This document shows positions 59,747 to 64,000 of a DNA stretch of 64,000 nucleotides, piece by piece. This stretch comes from Yuukianura sp. NJ FZ-2021 (taxonomy: Eukaryota): contig CM102289.1 in assembly GCA_046563655.1 (NCBI GenBank), forward strand, positions 1,736,001-1,800,000, given 5' to 3'. Made by a program: the position numbers and the translations under genes. Below the pieces are notes generated by a model that saw nothing but the letters and a program-made list of their open reading frames with translations, searched no databases and was not told the origin of the DNA. Each line of letters opens with the position of its first letter. Positions within the stretch are counted from its first letter, which is position 1.

Positions 59747-62082
59747 ATGTCGCCAATTTTGGCGACTCCGTTGACATACTGGTCACTTGTTGTGGCTTCA
59801 GTGATTTTATGGTACTTGTTTGCAAAGCAGTGGAGGTCAAAGGTCAACCTGAAGCGCAGAGGGTTTGTTGGAGCAAAAGGTTTCCCATTGGTTGGAAATG
59901 CTTTTGAACTGGCTGTGCCTACACACGGTAAGTAGGAATCACAAATTAACATATAAATTATGAAGAAGAAGGAAGGCCTAAAAAGAAGTTTAAATAAAAG
60001 TAAAAAATTTCAAATAATAACATAAAGTTAAAAAAAATATCAAAATTATATTGTTTTTTCCTCTCAGAGATGATTGGTGTAGTCACCAAGTGGGCAGATA
60101 TTTTTGGACCTATTAATGTAGCATGGTTGGGAAATCAGCCCTACATTTTCATTTCAGATGCCACTGCCGTTGAGGTTGTAATCATTTTTGTTAACTTCCA
60201 AAAAAACAAACAAAAAAAAAAACAAAAAACGAAATTCAACGAAAACGAAAAAATTCTTGACCAAATATCACTTTTAGAGCCTGCTGTCGTCAACTACTGA
60301 GATTCAGAAAAGTCTCGAGTACGGTTTTCTGCACAAGTGGTTGGGAACTGGATTAATTACAGCCAAAGGTCAAACATAAAAAAACATTTATGTAGTAGGT
60401 TTTAATAATATAGGATTTTACACATTTTGGTACATTTTTGACAACATTTTTACTGTAGGTGAAAAGTGGCATGAGCGGAGAAAGCTACTTACGCCCGCCT
60501 TTCACTTTCAAATTCTAGAACAGTTTATGCCAATTCTCAACGAACAGAGTCTCATTCTGGTTGACCTTTTGACCCACAAAGTTGGTCAAACAATTGACTT
60601 TTCTCCTTACATTACAAATTGTGCCTTGGACATCATTTGTGGTCAGCCCATAAACTTTGATGCCAAATTTTACCAATTCGAAAAGAATTTTTTAAAAACA
60701 ATGTTTGGTGTTTCAAAATTTTAGAAACTGCAATGGGTGCAAGGATTGATGCACAAGGAAACACTGAGTGTAAGTACGCTCGCGCAGTGTGCGAAATGAC
60801 AGATTTGACGCTGCAGCGATTTACAAAACCCTGGTTACGATCTGATCTCGTCTATAACTTAATTAACGGCAGACGACAGAAGCGATTACTAAAAATTTTG
60901 CATGGCTTCACCGAAAGTGTAATCGAGGAACGAAAAAAGCAAAGAAATCAAAAAACTAAAACTGCCGAGCAACACTCAAGTAAGAATTTAGAAATCACGG
61001 AATTTATGATTTTTTTTTATGTTTAAATTTTGAATTCTTATTGAAATATTGAATTTTAGAAAATCATCGAATGGCTTTTTTGGATTTGCTCTTGGAAGCA
61101 TCAGAAAATGGCCAAAATTTATCAACTGCTGACATTCGGAATGAGACTGACACATTCATGTTTGCTGGGCATGACACTACTGCAACTGCAATTGGCTGGG
61201 CCACGCTCCTTCTTGCAGCCAATCCGCAATGTCAGGTAGAAACAATAGCGTCAAATTTGAAATTTGAATTCAAATGTTGATTCAATTTGAAAATTTGAAA
61301 ATGTTAAAAAAACTTCTATTGTTAGAAAAAACTACAAAAGGAACTGTACGGCATTTTTGGAAATGACAGGCGGAGACATGTTACCAATAAAGACCTTTCT
61401 CAAATGAAGTACCTCGAATGTTGTATTAAAGAATCATTACGGTATAACTGATTAACTTATAAAAATTTCATTTAAAATGTCTATAAAATACAGTCGTTTG
61501 GTTAAATTCCACAGAATCTACCCAAGTGTACCATTTTTTGCCCGGCAACTGACGCAAGATCTTGACCTGGGTATGTTTCTTTCACAACTTTTCAATTTTT
61601 TGTTAACATTTTAAAAAAACTTTTAAGAATTTTAATTTTGAAGCTTTTCATAACTGTCAACCAATAGGAAACGGTCTCGTTGCACCCAAAGACGCCGTCC
61701 TATTCGTCGTGGGGTTCCTCATACATAGGAACCCCGAAGTTTATGAAAATCCTGAACAGTTTGTACCGGAGCGATTTCTGCCGGAGAATCGTGTTGGCAG
61801 GGGAGCATTTAGCTACTTGCCATTTTCAGGCGGACCAAGAAATTGCATTGGTAAAATTTCAAAAACAAATTATTTTTTTGAAATTTTGCTCAAGATAGTG
61901 ATAATTATTTTGAAATTTTAGGACAAAAATTTGCATTGATGGAGGAGAAAGTAGTGTTGGCGAATATATTCAGAAATTTCACGGTAACAACGGAGCAGAA
62001 CCTGAAAACAATGAAGCTCATTCCCCAATTAGTTCTTCGGCCTGGAGACGGTTTACATTTGAAATTTTCAAAATTACCTTAA
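59747..62082 (+). CDS. Cytochrome P450, CYP4 family (502 aa, 10 exons)
   Basis: Exons 59747-59927, 60068-60174, 60278-60368, 60459-60641, 60725-60979, 61060-61235, 61326-61441, 61515-61570, 61668-61850 and 61922-62082 (1509 nt). N-terminal anchor, [40 protein letters not shown] and [10 protein letters not shown]. Confidence 0.93.
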
Positions 62083-62095
62083 AAAATCAAAGTTT

Positions 62096-64000
62096 TTATG
62101 TTATTTAAAAAGAGTGATTTTCCTACTAAATTTTTAACTTTTTGGAATTTGGAATTATGTTATTTAAAAAGAGTGATTTTCCTACTAAATTTTTAACTTT
62201 TTGGAATTTGGAATTATGTTATTTAAAAAGAGTGATTTTCCTACTAAATTTTTAACTTTTTGGAATTTGGAATTATGTTATTTAAAAAGAGTGATTTTCC
62301 TACTAAATTTTTAACTTTTTGGAATTTGGAATTATGTTATTTAAAAAGAGTGATTTTCCTACTAAATTTTTAACTTTTTGGAATTTGGAATTATGTTATT
62401 TAAAAAGAGTGATTTTCCTACTAAATTTTTAACTTTTTGGAATTTGGAATTATGTTATTTAAAAAGAGTGATTTTCCTACTAAATTTTTAACTTTTTGGA
62501 ATTTGGAATTATGTTATTTAAAAAGAGTGATTTTCGTACTAAATTTTTAACTTTTTGGAATTTGGAATTATGTTATTTAAAAAGAGTGATTTTCGTACTA
62601 AATTTTTAACTTTTTGGAATTTGGAATTATGTTATTTAAAAAGAGTGATTTTCCTACTAAATTTTTAACTTTTTGGAATTTGGAATTATGTTATTTAAAA
62701 AGAGTGATTTTCGTACTAAATTTTTAACTTTTTGGAATTTGGAATTATGTTATTTAAAAAGAGTGATTTTCCTACTAAATTTTTAACTTTTTGGAATTTG
62801 GAATTATGTTATTTAAAAAGAGTGATTTTCCTACTAAATTTTTAACTTTTTGGAATTTGGAATTATGTTATTTAAAAAGAGTGATTTTCCTACTAAATTT
62901 TTAACTTTTTGGAATTTGGAATTATGTTATTTAAAAAGAGTGATTTTCGTACTAAATTTTTAACTTTTTGGAATTTGGAATTATGTTATTTAAAAAGAGT
63001 GATTTTCGTACTAAATATTTAACTTTTTGGAATTCGGAATTATGTTATTTAAAAAGAGTGATTTTCCTACTAAATTTTTAACTTTTTGGAATTTGGAATT
63101 ATGTTATTTAAAAAGAGTGATTTTCCTACTAAATTTTTAACTTTTTGGAATTTGGAATTATGTTATTTAAAAAGAGTGATTTTCGTACTAAATTTTTAAC
63201 TTTTTGGAATTTGGAATTATGTTATTTAAAAAGAGTGATTTTCGTACTAAATTTTTAACTTTTTGGAATTTGGAATTATGTTATTTAAAAAGAGTGATTT
63301 TCCTACTAAATTTTTAACTTTTTGGAATTTGGAATTATGTTATTTAAAAAGAGTGATTTTCGTACTAAATTTTTAACTTTTTGGAATTTGGAATTATGTT
63401 ATTTAAAAAGAGTGATTTTCCTACTAAATTTTTAACTTTTTGGAATTTGGAATTATGTTATTTAAAAAGAGTGATTTTCCTACTAAATTTTTAACTTTTT
63501 GGAATTTGGAATTATGTTATTTAAAAAGAGTGATTTTCCTACTAAATTTTTAACTTTTTGGAATTTGGAATTATGTTATTTAAAAAGAGTGATTTTCGTA
63601 CTAAATTTTTAACTTTTTGGAATTTGGAATTATGTTATTTAAAAAGAGTGATTTTCGTACTAAATTTTTAACTTTTTGGAATTCGGAATTATGTTATTTA
63701 AAAAGAGTGATTTTCCTACTAAATTTTTAACTTTTTGGAATTTGGAATTATGTTATTTAAAAAGAGTGATTTTCCTACTAAATTTTTAACTTTTTGGAAT
63801 TTGGAATTATGTTATTTAAAAAGAGTGATTTTCCTACTAAATTTTTAACTTTTTGGAATTTGGAATTATGTTATTTAAAAAGAGTGATTTTCCTACTAAA
63901 TTTTTAACTTTTTGGAATTTGGAATTATGTTATTTAAAAAGAGTGATTTTCCTACTAAATTTTTAACTTTTTGGAATTTGGAATTATGTTATTTAAAAAG
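62096..64000 (+). repeat. 59-bp tandem satellite, >=32 copies, running off the window
   Basis: Unit TTATGTTATTTAAAAAGAGTGATTTTC(C/G)TACTAAATTTTTAACTTTTTGGAATTTGGAA, nearly invariant. Confidence 0.98.

Noticed and set aside
62096..64000. CRISPR array
   Set aside because: Units are head-to-tail with no unique spacers, the context is eukaryotic, and no cas genes are present.

Overview
AT-rich eukaryotic genomic DNA with spliceosomal introns. TTAGG-like clusters, TCAGT initiators, GR-like receptors and a CYP4 point to an arthropod, possibly a springtail or other basal hexapod (inference). The left ~26 kb is almost entirely intron of one minus-strand gene for a secreted arthropod-conserved protein: a signal-peptide exon at 25434-25515 probably splices to an exon at 4660-4804, and the gene runs off the left edge. 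That intron carries a 1.2-kb ORF1-only retroelement with a 15-bp target-site duplication, plus tRNA-derived repeats; a MITE lies in the next intron. From 30 to 43 kb there is a tandem cluster of two-exon gustatory-receptor-like 7TM genes (three intact, one pseudo-exon), interrupted by a secreted, cysteine-free double-CUB-like gene and several MITEs. Next come a Transib-type MITE, MCCC1 (10 exons) and a convergent luciferase/4CL-like acyl-CoA synthetase (7 exons). These are followed by a truncated small-HSP copy, another GR-like gene, a 621-aa protein made of five tandem alpha-crystallin domains, and a CYP4 (10 exons). A 59-bp satellite with an 11-unit higher-order duplication starts 13 nt after the CYP stop and runs off the right edge. 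All exon structures were read by eye; no database search was run.
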